Below are positions 48,276 to 61,392 of a DNA stretch of 64,000 bases, piece after piece; position 1 is the stretch's first letter; every line of letters begins with the position of its first letter. The DNA is taken from the NCBI RefSeq assembly GCF_036971445.1, contig NC_091471.1, forward strand, positions 194,618,001 to 194,682,000, given 5' to 3'. The notes under the pieces were generated by a model. It searched no databases and was not told where the DNA came from. It saw only the letters and a list, made by a program, of their open reading frames with translations. Source of the stretch: Narcine bancroftii (Eukaryota). A program made the position numbers and the translations under genes.

Positions 48276-49662
48276 CGAGAGTACAAAAGACTGCAAACTA
48301 AAAAGACATAAGTTTTGAGCTCCTGAAGAGGAAAGAGTTCAAAACATCGAAAATGATCTTATGGAAAAAAAAACTATTCTCGGATCCAGAGGAAGCAAGG
48401 AAATTTGCAGAACTACAAAATAAACAGAGAGATGAAGACATGTAATAAGAGTAAAAATGACCACGATTTATATGTATGTGGGTAAAGAGGTATATGTGTG
48501 TATATGTATAATGTGCATACATGAATGTATCCGTATTTAGAGGGAAATATAGATAGTATAGACAAGAATTAATAAGGGAAGGAAAAGGAATAGAGGGAAT
48601 AAGGAGGGAATTAAAAGAGTGACCTTTGTCACATATGAAAAGCGAAATCTTTTCTGGGGGGGCTGGGTGGGGGGGTATTACGGTCACTGCAAAATCAGCT
48701 GACGCTTGCGAGTGAATTCGCAAATCCAAATGTCGTCCGACAAGGGATAAAGGACAACTCAGGAGGGGAAGGGGGGATTGGGGCTAAAGAAGTATTAAAT
48801 AGGAGAATAAGGAAAATGTTTGATGTTTTAGGAATGTTGTCTTATAAAGGATTCAAAACAAAAAAACAGAAATGGATAAGAAGGAAAAGTAATGATGGAG
48901 AAACGGAAAGGGAAAATAAACAAAGTATAAAATGGCTACGTTGAACTATATGACTTTAAATATTAATGGAATACATAACCAAATTAAAAGGAAGAAACTG
49001 CTAAATTTACTGAAAAAAATTGATATAGCATTTGTGCAAGAAACACATTTAACTGAATTGGAACATAAGAAATTAAAGAGAGATTGGGTAGGACACGTAA
49101 CAGCAGCATCGTATAATTCAAAAGCAAGAGGAGTAGCTATATTAATTAGTAAAAATGTGCCATTTAAAATAGAAGAGGAAATAATAGATCCAGCAGGGAG
49201 ATATGTAATGATAAAATGTCAGATATATTCGGAGTTTTGGAATCTACTCAATGTATATTCACCTAACGAAGCAGATCAAAAGTTCATGCAAGATATCTTT
49301 TTGAAGATAGCAGATACGCAAGGGAACATATTAATAGGAGGGTATTTCAACCTGAATTTGGATTCAAATATGGACAAAACTGGGAAAAAAATTAACAGAA
49401 AGAACAAAGTAACCAAATTTATAATTAAATCGATGGAAGAAATGCAACTTTTGGATATATGGAGGAAACAACACCCAAAGGAAAAGGAATATTCATATTA
49501 CTCGGCTAGACATAAAACATATTCAAGAATAGACCTATTTTTGTTATCAGCACGTATGCAAGATAGAGTAAAAAAAAAACAGAATATAAAGCTAGAATAC
49601 TATCGGACCATTCACCCTTAATATTGACAATAAAGTTAGAGGACATCCCTCCAAGAATGTAT

Positions 49663-49841
49663 CTTTGGCTTGGCTTCGCGGACGAAGATTTATGGAGGGG
49701 GTAAAAGTCCACGTCAGCTGCAGGCTCGTTTGTGGCTGACAAGTCCGATGCGGGACAGGCAGACACGGTTGCAGCGGCTGCAGGGGAAAATTGGTTGGTT
49801 GGGGTTGGGTGTTGGGTTTTTCCTCCTTTGCCTTTTGTCAG
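49663..49841 (-). mobile_element. RTE 3' end (179 bp) inserted in L1 ORF2
   Basis: Same RTE 3' sequence as the other copies. gtat is duplicated at 49659-49662 and 49846-49849, with 4 extra nt. Confidence 0.92.
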
Positions 49842-51183
49842 AGGAGTATAGATGGAGATTAAACCCCATGTTGCTTAAAAGGCAGGATTTTAGAGAATTT
49901 ATTGAAAAACAAATTAAAATGTATTTTGAAATAAATACGGAATCAGTGGAAGATAAGTTTATACTATGGGATGCAATGAAAGCATTCATTAGAGGGCAAA
50001 TAATAAGTTATGTAACCAAGATGAAGAAGGACTATAATCAGGAAACAGAGCAGTTGGAAAGGGAAATAGTAAATTTCGAAAAAGAATTAGTAATGAAGGA
50101 AGATATTACTAAAAGAAGAGAATTAGCGGATAAAAAAATAAAATATGAAACACTACAAACATATAAGGTGGAGAAAAATATAATGAAGACAAAACAAATA
50201 TGAACTAGGTGAAAAAACGCACAAAATCCTAGCATGGCAGCTTAAGACAGAACAAGCTAAGAAAATGGTATTGGCATCAAGGAAAAAAGACAAACAAATT
50301 ACATATAATCCAAAAGAAATTAAGGAAAACTTTAGAGAATTCTATGAACAATTATACCAAACTGAAAACGAAGGGAAAGAAGGGAAAATAGATGAATTTC
50401 TAACTAAAATTGAACTACCAAAACTACAAATAGAGGAACAAAATAACTTAACAGAGCCATTTGGAATAGTAGAAATACAAGAGATAATAAAAAAATTACC
50501 AAATAATGAGACACCAGGAGAGGATGGATTCCCAATAGAATTCTACAAAACATTTAAAGACTTATTAATTCTGCCCCTCCTGGAAGTAATCAACCAGATT
50601 GATGAAACACAAAGCTTACCAGATTCATGTAAAACAGCAATAATTACAGTAATACTAAAGCAAGGGAAAGATCCACTCTCACCAGCGTCATACAGACCAA
50701 TATCCTTACTTAACACAGATTATAAGATGATAGCTAAACTATTAGCAAACAGATTAGCAGAGCATGTACCGAAAATGGTAAATTTAGACCAAACTGGATT
50801 TATCAAAAAAAGACGCACAACAGACAATATTTGTAAATTTATTAACTTAATTCATGCAGTAGAAGGAAATAAAGCACCTACAGTAGCAGTTGCTTTAGAC
50901 ACAGAGAAGGCCTTTGACAGAGTAGAATGGAATTATTTGTTCAAAGTATTGCAAAAATTCAGTTTACCGGAGAAGTATATTAATTGGATTAAAGCATTAT
51001 ATAAGGGACCGTTAGCGAAAGTGATAGTAAATGGACATGTATCAAAGCAATTTAACTTAAGCAGGTTAACACGGCAGGGATGCCCACTATCACCTTTATT
51101 GTTTCCGTTAGCTATAGAACCACTAGCAGAACTGATAAGAATAGATAATAATATAAAAGGAATAAAAATAAAAGACAAGGAAT

Positions 51184-51548
51184 TGTTAGGTAAAAACATC
51201 ATGAGCTGGGAATGTAGAAGGAGTCACCCAGTGCTGGGCCGTAACAAGATGCAGTTGTGACCTTGTACTCTCAAGATAAGAGTGGGGATGACAAATTGAT
51301 GTGCAGGAAACTAGCAGAGAAGGATAGCAACAGTTTATTCATTGGACAATGTCGTGGTATGATAATTTACTAAGTACGTATCCTAAGGTGTATAAAAAAC
51401 ACCACTTGCTGATAACAGCGGAATGCGCCTTCTCCAACTAACACTGTTAGTTGCAAGTGTTACAATCCGGCAATAAAGAACAAAGAACCTTGATTTCGAC
51501 TCAGTCTGGTGTTTGACTCACTCATTCATGAACAAAGCAGACCTAACA
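51184..51548 (+). mobile_element. Solo LTR (365 bp) inserted in the L1 RT region
   Basis: Perfect 8-bp inverted ends TGTTAGGT...ACCTAACA, 4-bp TSD gaat, and TATAAAA followed by AATAAA. Removing it and one TSD copy rejoins KIKDKE-YKISLFADD. Confidence 0.92.
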
Positions 51549-54500
51549 GAATATAAAATCAGTTTATTTGCGGATGATGTTATAGTGTACTTAACAGAAC
51601 CAGAACTATCAATAAAAGAATTATATAAGAAATTGAAGGAATATGGAGAAGTGTCGGGTTACAAGATAAACGTAAATAAAAGTGAAGCAATGCCTATGAA
51701 TAATGCGGATTTCTCAAAATTTAAGAAGGAATCACCATTTAGATGGCAAATGCAAGCAATAAGATACCTAGGTGTACAAATAAACAAAAATCTCGGCCAA
51801 CTATATAAACTCAACTATTATCCACTAATGAAAAAATTACAGGACGATTTAGAGCATTGGAAAGATTTACCACTAACACTAATAGGAAGGATAAACTGTA
51901 TTAAAATGAACATTTTTCCAAGGATATTATACTTATTTCAGGCATTGCCAATACAACTGACAGAGAAATTCTTCAAGGAGTTAAAGAAAATAATAAGGAA
52001 ATTTTTATGGAGAGGGGGGAAACCGAGGATAGCACTAGATAAATTAACAGAATGGTATAAACAAGGAGGCTTACAACTGCCAAACTTTAAAAATTATTAT
52101 AGAGCCGCACAATTAAGATACCTATCAGATTTTTATCAAACAAGGGAAAAGCCAGATTGGACGAGATTAGAATTAGATAAAATAGGGGAAAAGATACCTG
52201 AACACATATTATATAAATGGGATGAAAAGTTGGTACAACATAGAAGTTCTCCAGTATTACATCATCTCCTCAATATTTGGAAGAAGATTCATGTAGAAAG
52301 AAATAAAACAAATTATCAATTACCAAAACTAATATTGACGCAAAACAAGTTACTCCCTTTTACAATAGATAACCTCTCCTTTAGAGAATGGGGAAAAAAA
52401 AGGGATTAAAAGAATAGAAAATTGTTTTTCAGGAAATAGATTCTTATCCTTTGAACAAATGAAAGATAAGTACAATATAACTCAAGATACAGCGCTGGCA
52501 TATTACCAATTGAGATCCTACTTGAAGGATAAATTAGGAAGCAGTTTGAGTTTGCCAGAGGCAAATAACTTTGAATATGTGATTACAGATACAATGATAA
52601 TCAAAAGATTTATAACAAATATGTATATTAAACTGCAAGAAAAGGAGAATGAGGAAAAAAATGGTAAAACTAAACAAAAATGGGAACAAGATTTAAATAT
52701 AAAGATAAAAAAGGAAACATGGGAGAAGTTATGTTCTGGAACGATGAGAAATACGATAAATACGAGGTTACGTATGATACAATATAACTGTATACACAGG
52801 CTATACATTACACCTCAAAAGTTAAATAAATGGTACCCAATAGTATCTGATAGATGTTTTCGATGTAAAAAAAAGAAATGGGTACAACAATTCATGCAAT
52901 CTGGACATTTGAGAAAGTAGAAAAATTTTGGGAAGATCTAAACCAGATATTAAATAAAATTACAGAAAACAATATACCAAAAAATCCAGAGATCTTCCTT
53001 CTAAGTAACATAAAAAACAAAGAATTTGGAATTGATTTGGATGGTGCACAAAAAAGATTTGTTAAGATAGCTCTAGCCGTAGCAAAAAAATGTATTATGT
53101 CAACCTGGAAATCGGAAGATAATTTGAAAATACAACAATGGTATATAGAAATGAATAAATGTATTCCATTGGAAAAAATAACATATAGTTTAAGAAATAA
53201 TATTGAAATATTCGAACAAATATGGGAGCCTTACATTAAATACAATAGCGAAAACCTACCGGGGACAATCATTACCTAAGTTGATGGAAGGAGAAGGAAA
53301 TGAAAAGAACGGACTCAGTAAAATTTCTGGTGTATTTTTGTTGAGTGACAACATTGTCTGACTGGTTAAATGTATCCTAGATTGTATATCTTAAATGGAC
53401 GGGAGGGGGGAGGGGGGGGTGGGGAGGGTGGGTTGGGAGGAGGGGGGGGGGAGAAAATGGCACTGTATATGTGTGAAAAGGAAAAAGTGTGTACCATGGT
53501 TAATGTGATTTATGGTGTGAAAAATTAAAAAAAATTAAAAAAAAAATATTGAATGAAGTAACCCTTGGATCACATGTGAACACCAGATTTAATCTTCTGT
53601 CAGCCACAATTGTTTTGCCTAAGGATTTCATTCTCCTTAATCATTCACACTTATAACTAAAGTATTGATGAAAGTATAAATTGGATGACTGTGCAAATTC
53701 CAAACATTATGCATTCATTTCTGAAGTATAAATTTAAGGTTGCACAGTTATTCAAACTATATTTTCTCCCATTTCCCTTTGCACCCAAAAAAGTAGGAAA
53801 GTATTTCTCTTGTACTCTATAAGTGACTGCTAAAAATCCATCAAGTTGGGGAAGGACATGGGCACAGTTTAACTGTGATAGTCTTGAACTGGGTTTATGC
53901 AAATCCATATTAGATTATCCTGTAATATAACACTTTTCTCTCCTACATTTTCTTTATAAGTTAATATTTCAGCCGAGTTTAACAATCTGTTTAATTAATT
54001 GACTTTAAGATCTCTTATTGGATGAGGCAATATATCATTTACATCAAACATAATGGAGAAAGAAGGAAATTCTGTTTCACTATCATTTTTCATCATGACT
54101 AGATAATTTTCATACACATGATTGCCTCAGCAGTTGGTTATAGTCTGTAACTGAAGCTCATTTATAATGCTAAACAGCTCAATGTTCGAATTCAAGCAAT
54201 ATTTCCTTGTTGCTGAATAGAGTATGTCTGGAATCATACCAAACTGGGGGGAAAAAAATTGTACTTTCCTTTGGGGAATAAATATTTTGAACTATTTTGA
54301 TTACTAGTGAAGGATGCTTGCACTTGAGTTCATTATGTGGCCTTTTTTTAATTGCCCCAAAATAAAAATGGCTTGTAGTAATAAAAGCTTAAATTATGAA
54401 TTTAAGACTTCATAGATCTTTGTCTTGTCAGCAAGTTTTAAAATGGATTCTATTATTAAAATGTGAAGAACCAGACAGGAAAAAAAATCCCTCTTCCATG

Positions 54501-56346
54501 TGCAGTTATGTTTTGAAAGCATTTGGAAAAGTCCCTGATACGTTTTTGGTGTCTGCTTAATGAGGGTCTTATAGTTCCACAGCTGTTTCCTAGCATTTTT
54601 TTTTCCCAGAAGGTCAAGAATATCTGATCAAGGAGCTTGCTGCTTCTCTGTTCACCTCATTCCTCTGGATTACACATGTTAAATATAAAATATGATTGCT
54701 TTCCAATGTCTCCCATTTAGTTAGGTTGTGATGAATGCCATGAAAGAATATCGGGTGAATGGCCTGCCTGATTAAGTAGCAAGTTGTGTCAGGAGATTCT
54801 TTTGAAATTGGAAATGTGATTGAAATTAAAATTAATGTATACAATTTAGAATAATGCTGGATATTGTTTTGTTTTACATTGAATAGGTAGCATTTTAATT
54901 TTGCATTATAATAGGAAATTATATTTCTTAAATGTATTAGCAGTTGCTCTATTGGGATAACTATACTAGAATGAAACTAGGCAGACCGGTTTAATTAAAA
55001 ATTATTCAATGCCATCATCAGTGGCATGGATTTTAAATGCCATTTTACCCAGAATTATTGTTTTTCCTGCCAAATTTGATACTAACTGACTCATTGAACT
55101 GAACAACAGTAAACTGCTGGAGGAAAAAAGGCTGGTTCAATTACTTGTTATGGTAGTGAATTTGAGGACACGTATACAATTGCCACTGTGAAAAGATCAA
55201 ATCAAATAGAGTTTCACACTGGATAAGTAAAAGATTTCAAAATAAAATAGCTGATGGTGTGTGGAGAAATTGTTTCCCTTGTCAGGAGTTCCAGTCTAAC
55301 CATGGAAGGTATTTGACTTTGAGAGGATACAACCTTAAACATAGGGATAAACTTGACCTGTTTTATTAAAGTGGTTGCAAAAGCTCAGTTTTACCCTACC
55401 CATTGTTCTTAATAAAAGCTCAAATGGTCAAAAGATTACAAATCGCAGAGGTGATTTAATATTAAATTGATCCAAATTACCAACACGTATTTTTGTTAAA
55501 TTATTATTTTTTTAACCATTAGGAGGCTAGAAATGAAACTATTTCACCAAAGGAGGAATAGATACATTTTTTAAAAAGTTATTTGAACAATTGATAGGAA
55601 TACTTGCATAGAAATTTGAAGACTGCCTTTTTAATTTCAAAATTTTGTGATCTAAATTGGGTATTTCCTTGAGTGAAATCTGGTAAAACAATTTCAGTGT
55701 TTGACAAACACCAGGAAAGGGATTTTTTCCCCCTGCAACGTTCTTTTTGGAGCACTGCAGGGGTGATGAGACTATGTTGTTATGAGGAGTGATGATCACT
55801 GGTCATTCACAATACAACGGCTGTGCCAGACCAGGACTGCACCAAAGTAAATCCTTTTTTCCCCACTATCATCTGCCCACTGATTACTGACCCCACCCAC
55901 CGGCCCACAACTTGCCTCCATCCCCAATTTTACCTGGCTTTGATATATTTTTGGCCAAGCTAAGTGTGAGCAAAATTTCCTAACACAAGGTTCAAACAGA
56001 CTCCTCTTTCCCCTCATGACCCCATCCACCTGGCCTCTGTCCTTCTGAAGCTGTCACCTAACGCTCTCTCCTGGACCCCATATTTTTCCTCTATTTTTGA
56101 TAAGTGTCTCATGATTGACTTGAGCCACATTTCACAATGTTTTAGAAGAAAATGCTGAAACTTTATATAAGCTATTATTTTGCTTAACTTTTTTTTTTAT
56201 CCCCCAATTTATGATGTTCTTTTCACTTTAATTTCTGGTTATGCATTTTGTGTTGTGTATATTACTGCTCAAAATGTTTGTAATGCAATTTTATTTCTAG
56301 AGAGGTTTATCATTTTTGTTAACCTTTTTATTTCATTCACATGCAG

Positions 56347-56445
56347 TTAGCTGCACAAGAGGAACAGTTAAGAATAGAAGAAGAAGCATTTTATGCTGCA
56401 CAACGTGAAACAGCCAGGGCAGCAAAGCAGAAAAAGCTATTGGAG
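56347..56445 (+). CDS. AP1AR: AP1AR/gadkin-family coiled-coil exon (99 nt), encodes LAAQEEQLRIEEEAFYAAQRETARAAKQKKLLE
   Basis: Acceptor atgcag and donor gtgagg. Strong similarity to gadkin LALQEEKLRLEEEALYAAQREAARAAKQRKLLE. Confidence 0.93.
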
Positions 56446-57089
56446 GTGAGGGCATCAAGCCCCTGTTTGGTTTCTCAGATGAAAAATCCTTTACCCATAT
56501 CTTGTTAACAGCCCTATTTAATATGTTTGCACTTTGCAATCAGGTTTTGTAATGGCCAAAGGCCTCATCTTGTTCAGATTGCACCAGACAGATACTGGCT
56601 GTGCTAATTTCCAATTATCATTTACAACTGCAAAGTTAGAAACATTCTTTAGAGCAGGTCATCATGGTGCATTGAGTTCAACGGATGTGGTAATCTAAAA
56701 GGCAGCAAAACTTTGGTTTCCATATGTCTGCAACATAATGAATGAAAGGATTAATTTGAAGTTATCAGTTTAACAATTTTGAGTTATTCCCATTTTTTGT
56801 TTTGTATTTAACAATGACCTTTCAGGTTTTACTTAACAATAACAAAATTTTCACTGACATTTCACCAGAACAGACCAATGTTTAAAGAAAACAGCCATAG
56901 AACTGTGTTATAGAACTGATTCGGATATAATGGTGTAATTATGCTGCCAGCTCCAAATATTATTTGATGTTTTATTGCAGGTGCCTATTTCAGTCACTTG
57001 GAGTTCTGCCATCCTAACTACAATTCTTATTTAATAATTCTAACTGCTGTAATCCATAATGTCTGATTCTATGGTTTTATGATCAGAAC

Positions 57090-57285
57090 ACAGTGTAAAG
57101 TTTACACTATTACAGTACCAGCGACCAGAGTTTGAATCCGATAATGTTTGTTCATTCTGCCCACGTCGACGTGGGTTTCCTCCCATGTTCCAAAGACGTG
57201 TGGGTTTGTAGGTTAATAGGTCAAATGTGTGTATTTGGGTGGCAAGGGCTTATGGGCCAGAAAGGCCTGTTGCCATGATTAATCA
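57090..57285 (+). mobile_element. Decayed V-SINE (HE1-like)
   Basis: ctattacagtaccagcgaccagagtttgaatcc...gtgggtttcctccc...gggccagaaaggcctgtt, related to 38797-39040. Confidence 0.65.
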
Positions 57286-58599
57286 AAAATAATGTAGCCA
57301 ACTTTCTGCTATATCTTTGAATTTTGATTCTTTGATTAAATTACAATTTAAAGTCAAGCATGTCGCTGTTCATCGGTATAGTTTCAATGTGTTCTTCAAA
57401 CACTGATGATTGGTGGAATGTCAGTGAATTTTTTTGTCATCGTCTGTCACTGAATTATAGAGAAATATGACACAAAATTAAACAATCGTGAACAGTGCAA
57501 CACCTTGGAGACTTGAGCAATGAGGCCTAGAAATTCAATCACTTAGCTTGTGTTTCTTGAGTGTATGGACCTGAATTTAAGGTCTAAAATGTAGTGCTTC
57601 TCACTAGAATCAACAATAAATACAACTCCATCTGCAGCAGTAAAAGGGGCCCACCATTTGAAGACAAGTTTGTTTGGTAATTAGCCTGGGCAAAATTTAT
57701 TACTATCATCAGTGTAATTGTGGAGCTTGATTGCTTTGGGAGATTTTTGAGCTTTCAGAAGGTTTTAAAAAAAACCTTTTGGTGTACTTCAATTTATTGT
57801 TCTACCAGGTCTCCAGCAAGAGGAGATCCTACTTTGCCATGGAAATCGTACAAGAAGCAAAGGGCCTGGCAGTTTTATTCTCCACGAGCCTTGGGAAGCT
57901 TTTCCCTGGCCCCTATCTACCATCCATGCAGCATGATGGCCAGAGGCTGCAATTTTCAAAGGCATTGGTGATGAGATCCACCATATGTGGGGTGAACTTC
58001 TCTGCCTGAACAGATTTGCATATGAATCTCCAAAGCTAAAGAATCTTTACCTTATTCAGTAGAAAATTAGCCTGATCATTATTATCCTTTTGACCCAATC
58101 TGAACATTCTTAGCTATCCATCGTACACCCAGGTCCCCACACCCTGCATCAAATAAACAACAACAGTTGACCAATGGTTCCTCCTTGTCACAAGGGAAAA
58201 TCTTTGCCCTGGACCCACAAGAAAGTCCACGGTATCATTTCCTTGCATTACCAAAAATCTGCAAAGGGAACCCAAGTTGCATGCCATCCATGCTTGGATG
58301 TACATTTTCCCATTGTTCAAGTTGTCCTCCAATGCTGTTGGAGTTCTCTCAGCCCAAGCTGATCAGCTCATTGCAGATTATGGGTGCACAATAAATGGTG
58401 TTTTTTGGATCAGTGTGTTGTTTTTTTTATCCCTGTGGTTTTACCTATAGTTTTCAGTACATCCCCAATATTTGCAACCAGGATGCTGGATAGTCAAACC
58501 CGAGTTAACAGTAAAATAGTTCACCTTGTCTTAGATGGTGTTATGCAGCATTTGTGTAACGGGCTCAGATTAATGTATAGACGTTCATTAACCCCCAAT

Positions 58600-59480
58600 C
58601 TATATCTTCTACATAGTAGAAAGCCTACAGGGTGTGAAGTGAACCACTCCTACAGGATGCTCAGCATCTGACCTGGCCTGCAACAGAAGTGCCAGACAAT
58701 GTTTCCTGTCACTTAGCTGTAAAACAATATTCAGGTAAGGGCTGTTGCGTTTACTGAAGAGTTGCAAGTGGATCGGAACATTGTGCAAATATCCCCACTT
58801 CTGCCAGAGAGCAGCTGAAGGACACCACCCTGAGGAATTCTTCCTGTGATGTCCAGGAGCAGGGTTGATTGATCTCTGACAACCACAGACTTCCTTTTTT
58901 ATATGATGCCACGCAGTCAAATGCCACAGTCAAAGGCAGTCATTCTTACCTTAACTCTGGAACTCATTTGTTTCGTTCATTTTTGATACTGTGTTCGTGT
59001 TGAAGTCTGGAGCCCAGCATTGCTGGTAAAATCAAAACTGGGTTTTGGAGAGCAGGTTAATGGTGAAGAACTGGCCCTTGATAACATTGTCGGTAACTCT
59101 TTGAGTACGCTGTTTGGGCAGTAATTAACCAAACTAGATTGTCCAGTTTTTTGTTGTATATGGGGTATAACTAGGCAATTCTCAACATGTATGATTAGAT
59201 GAGAGTGTTGTAACTGTACTGGGATAGTTTGATTGTGGAAGCATGGCTGTTCAGGAGCATAGGTCTTCAGTACTGCATCGGAGAAGTTGTCTGGAGTTCC
59301 ATAGCTTGTTGCATCAAGTCCACTTTGCTGTTTCTTGATACCATGTAGAGTGAATACAATTGGCAGAATATAGCTTTCTGTGATGGTGCAGTTCTCAAGA
59401 TGAAGTAAGGAGTGGATGATCCATCCACCGATTGGGCTTAACATGGATGCATGTATAACATCTTTAAGCACTGGTGCATG
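58600..59480 (-). mobile_element. Old CR1/L2-group LINE remnant
   Basis: Degenerate ...KA.GPDN...VLKT.APE-like and LP.MLSRA segments on the minus strand. Confidence 0.45.
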
Positions 59481-61327
59481 AATCTAAGGTCATTGAGAAG
59501 GGGGATGTTTAATTATTAATTGGCAGCAAATATTATAACTTCCACTTTCAGGTAACAACATGAATGAGGACTAGTCAGTTTCAGTGGTGGGCAGAACTAA
59601 AGTGTCTTACAGTTGATGAACATTTGCAAAGCTATTGCCATCTCTTCTATGTACAGAATTATGCAACATGTGCAGGTGAAAATCTAGCGTGAATAGCATC
59701 TGGCAAAAATTGCTGCAGGTCCTGTATGCAACGACACAGAAGCAAAAGATTTTTGTGAGTGAAATTCTAGGCCTCAGACCACATCACTTAAGAAAATATA
59801 TCAGAAGCTTAATAACCTACAAAAAATGTGTTTAAGAGAGATGAAAACAAAAGTCATGAGAAACTGCTTTCAACCAATTAAACCTAGCCTTGTCCAGTTC
59901 TCTTGCTTTTCTACCTGGAGTCAGCGGAATCTTCAAATGCTCCACTTCCCAATTCTGCTCCATTACTTCTGTAGTACTCCTAAAGATCTAATAGGCACTT
60001 TCTCCTTTGTGTCAGGGAATAGCAGCACACACAATCAGAAAACAAGATCTGTGGTGAGTTGCTCAATGACAACACCAACCTCATACTTTATTTTTGTTTT
60101 TGTTGTCAAAATGCCTGTCTGACATCCAGTTCTAGAAATGCCACAGGTTTCTCCATTAATATAATGAACTGATTAAAGCATAGTGTCTATGAGTTACAAT
60201 GCAAACCCTCACCTTCATCCCCTTGGAGACTTTTTTAATCTAAACCAGACTTATTGAGCTGAGCTATATTTGTTGTCATTAGTAGCCACCTCTCTCTTCG
60301 AACTCAGCTCGTATCTTCATCCATGGTTCTGTTACCTCCAGATAATTCCCTGACCACCATAAATGACACATTTTATGCTATCTATATCTAACCGTCATTG
60401 TCTTGCTCAGCTTTAACCTGCTGTCTTGTTCAAATTTGTAATCCTGAAAATCATTATTCACAGTAAATTAAATAGGTACTGCATACTGAAACATAAAAGT
60501 AGAATTTGAGCTATTTCGTGAGTGAAGAATACTTGTATAATTTTCTTCTGAGATGTGGGCACTCTGTCACACCACAGCCTTAATTTTTGTGTTCTAATCC
60601 CACCTTGGCATTGTTTCTCCATGTGAATTCCTCCAACCCTACGATCAGCCATGAATTGTGTGTTCCTTTAACTCTGGCCTTTTATGTACCTCCCACTCCT
60701 TTCACCATTTCATTAACCCTGTGGCCCTGAAGCTCCAGAATTCTCCCCCTAAGCTGTGTGTTTGTGTTCTCTCTCGCACTCGCTCTTGGTCGCGCTCTCC
60801 CCTCCTCCTCCCCCCCCCACCTTTAAATTAACTTTTCAACACCACCTCCCACTATATTTAGCTGTGTTGGGGCTTCTGGTTGCAAAATTCAATACCTACA
60901 AAAATCATTTAATTTTTTTTGATGTTTCTTTGTTAACTGCATATGACTCTGTCCACTTCCCTGTGTATTTGGTCATTGCTTTGACTTGGTGGGAAATATT
61001 TGATGGAACTACAAACTCCTAAAATAATCAGGAAACATTAATATGCAAAAGAGAAAGGCAGACTAGATTAAATTTAGACTAACTGAATAATTGGTATGTT
61101 AATTTTAAGATAAAATATTTAAAAAGATCTTGTTTTCAAGGTTTTTAGATATTCTTTACTTCCTTGCCATGACCTTTACAGCCATCCACTATTGAATTTA
61201 TTCTCATTGACTGTAATTTGCAGAATCACAATTTGCTTCTCGCGCTCTTCTGGGTTCTGGTCTGCAACTTAATGTGTAATATTTTGCATGCAAAGATGAT
61301 GCACTAATCAATCTCTATGATTTATAG

Positions 61328-61392
61328 CAACAAAGGCTACAAAAGATGAAGCAGAAGGCTAAGTCTGCTGTGACCCCTGACCAACAAAAAGG
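61328..61392 (+). CDS. AP1AR: Probable next AP1AR-family exon (65 nt), encodes QQRLQKMKQKAKSAVTPDQQK(G)
   Basis: Acceptor tttatag and donor gtgaga, open in the frame set by the previous exon. It starts like gadkin QERQR, but the rest is divergent. Confidence 0.7.

Larger units (their letters stand above)
48932..53279 (+). pseudogene. L1 ORF2 (APE endonuclease, RT, Cys-rich C-terminus; disrupted)
   Basis: TLNINGI, VQETH, SRIDLF, YRPISLLN, D.EKAFD, TRQGCPLSP, LFADD and CFRC...H. Interrupted at 49663 and 51184. Confidence 0.93.
46928..53543 (+). mobile_element. Full-length L1-clade LINE with two nested insertions
   Basis: ORF1, a long spacer, ORF2, a G-rich 3' UTR and an A-rich tail. Probable 15-bp TSD aagtattgcatgaag (46913-46927) versus aaatattgaatgaag (53544-53558), two mismatches. 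Confidence 0.95.

Noticed and set aside
48932-53279. L1 as a potentially active element with frameshifts caused only by homopolymer sequencing errors
   Set aside because: Several shifts do fall in A runs, but ORF2 is also broken by two real insertions, so this copy is dead.
56341-56350. Alternative acceptor cag/ttag at the 99-nt exon
   Set aside because: The downstream AG is 4 nt away and would frameshift. Only the first AG keeps the conserved frame.
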